From Eledone cirrhosa (Eukaryota): 64,000 bases of DNA. The position numbers were made by a program, and so were the translations under genes. Each line of letters begins with the position of its first letter. Positions within the stretch are counted from its first letter, which is position 1. The notes under the pieces are model-generated. The model worked only from the letters and a program-made list of their open reading frames with translations, was not told the DNA's origin and ran no database searches. The stretch lies in NCBI GenBank assembly GCA_964016885.1, contig OZ024742.1, positions 291,214,001 to 291,278,000 on the forward strand, written 5' to 3'. This document shows positions 63,014-64,000 of the stretch, piece after piece.

Positions 63014-63201
63014 CCCTGTATCCGGCCAGAATTCTCTCACCTCTTTCTCTTCAAACCGACCATAACTGGCCACTCATACTGATGTTAAGACATCGTTCTC
63101 AAAATAAATAGCATCAAAATATCATAGATTCAACATTATGTGAGATAAAGCTTTTACCACGAAAATACATTAGTTTATAGAGTAATGTAAATGTTAAAGG
63201 G
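63014..63201. mobile_element. piggyBac-like MITE (same family as 8530 and 14008)
   Basis: TTAA-ccct ... taaaggg-TTAA; core ggccagaattctctcacctct. Confidence 0.78.
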
Positions 63202-63865
63202 TTAAACATTTTTTTTTTTTCAAAATAAGGTTGTCTTACATTCTGAAAAATATGATATATTATTGACAGTCTATTAAATGTGTAGATTACAATGGTGATA
63301 AAAATGATGTTTGCACTCCAAAATGTTTGGTGTGTCTAAATATATTATTGTACCTGTGACTGTCTATTCAATGTTTAGGTTATAGTAATGATGAAAATAA
63401 AGATGTTTATATTACTAAATTTTGTATTCTGAAAATCTTTGTTGTAACTGTCTGTTAATAAATAACTAAATATATTATATTTGTGACTGGCCATTTAATG
63501 TGTGGGTTATGGGGATGATGAAAATGTTTGTATTTCTAAATGTTTGGTGTATCTGTGTCTGTTAACATAGTAATTATCAGCAAACTATTTTTTTCACCCA
63601 GTAGTATTCTACACATTTGTGGTACCTTACAACGAAGTTCTTGTCATTGTTGGTGGCTTGTCTTACCAATGTATCAGTCGATGCCTGTTAGAATGCTTAC
63701 TATTCCAGCACCTTAGCCTCATTATCACCTCTGGCAATGCCTTTAGTGTGCTAGTTTGCCTCAAAAATTATTGGAGGGAAGCTCCAGCACCCTTGTTACG
63801 GCTTTCTTTGTTTATTATCTCTCTACCTATGAAATTATTTTTTCAATATTGTATATGCATGTGCA

Positions 63866-64000
63866 GTAGGCAGAGTCATTAGAATGTCAGATAGAATACT
63901 TTGCAGTATTCATTTTGGCTCTCTGCTCTCTGAGTTCAAATAACACCATGGTCAACTTTGCCTTCATCCATTCCATGTTGATAAAAATAGTTTCCAGTCA
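63866..64000 (+). mobile_element. Degenerate family-1 tRNA-SINE
   Basis: ggcagagtcattagaatgtcaga...tctgagttcaaat...gtcaactttgccttcatcc..gttgataaaa. Confidence 0.65.

Overview
Repeat-dense animal genomic DNA. The SINE/LINE repertoire suggests a cephalopod (octopus-like), which is an inference. The only host gene I can support is a five-exon astacin-family (M12A) zinc metalloprotease on the minus strand (about 17884 to 7665), reconstructed by hand with consistent splice phases. It has HEFLHTIGFNHE, an SVMHY Met-turn and a furin-type RSKR site split across an intron, but no FxGDI aspartate-switch motif. Most of the rest is nested mobile DNA: R4/Dong-like, Tx1-like, CR1-group and many RTE non-LTR retrotransposons, two Penelope-like elements, two tRNA-derived SINE families, MITEs, foldback palindromes and solo LTRs. 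A 12.6-kb 31-bp satellite carries four amplified copies of one solo LTR. Less obvious signals are: several type I hammerhead ribozyme motifs (one in a non-coding retrozyme-like repeat with a non-canonical stem II); a covarying double-hairpin module in RTE 3' UTRs that is expanded ninefold in one copy and shared with a SINE; a PHD finger inserted inside the RTE reverse transcriptase; and a twin-priming inversion. Repeat boundaries are read by eye and are approximate. No database searches were run.
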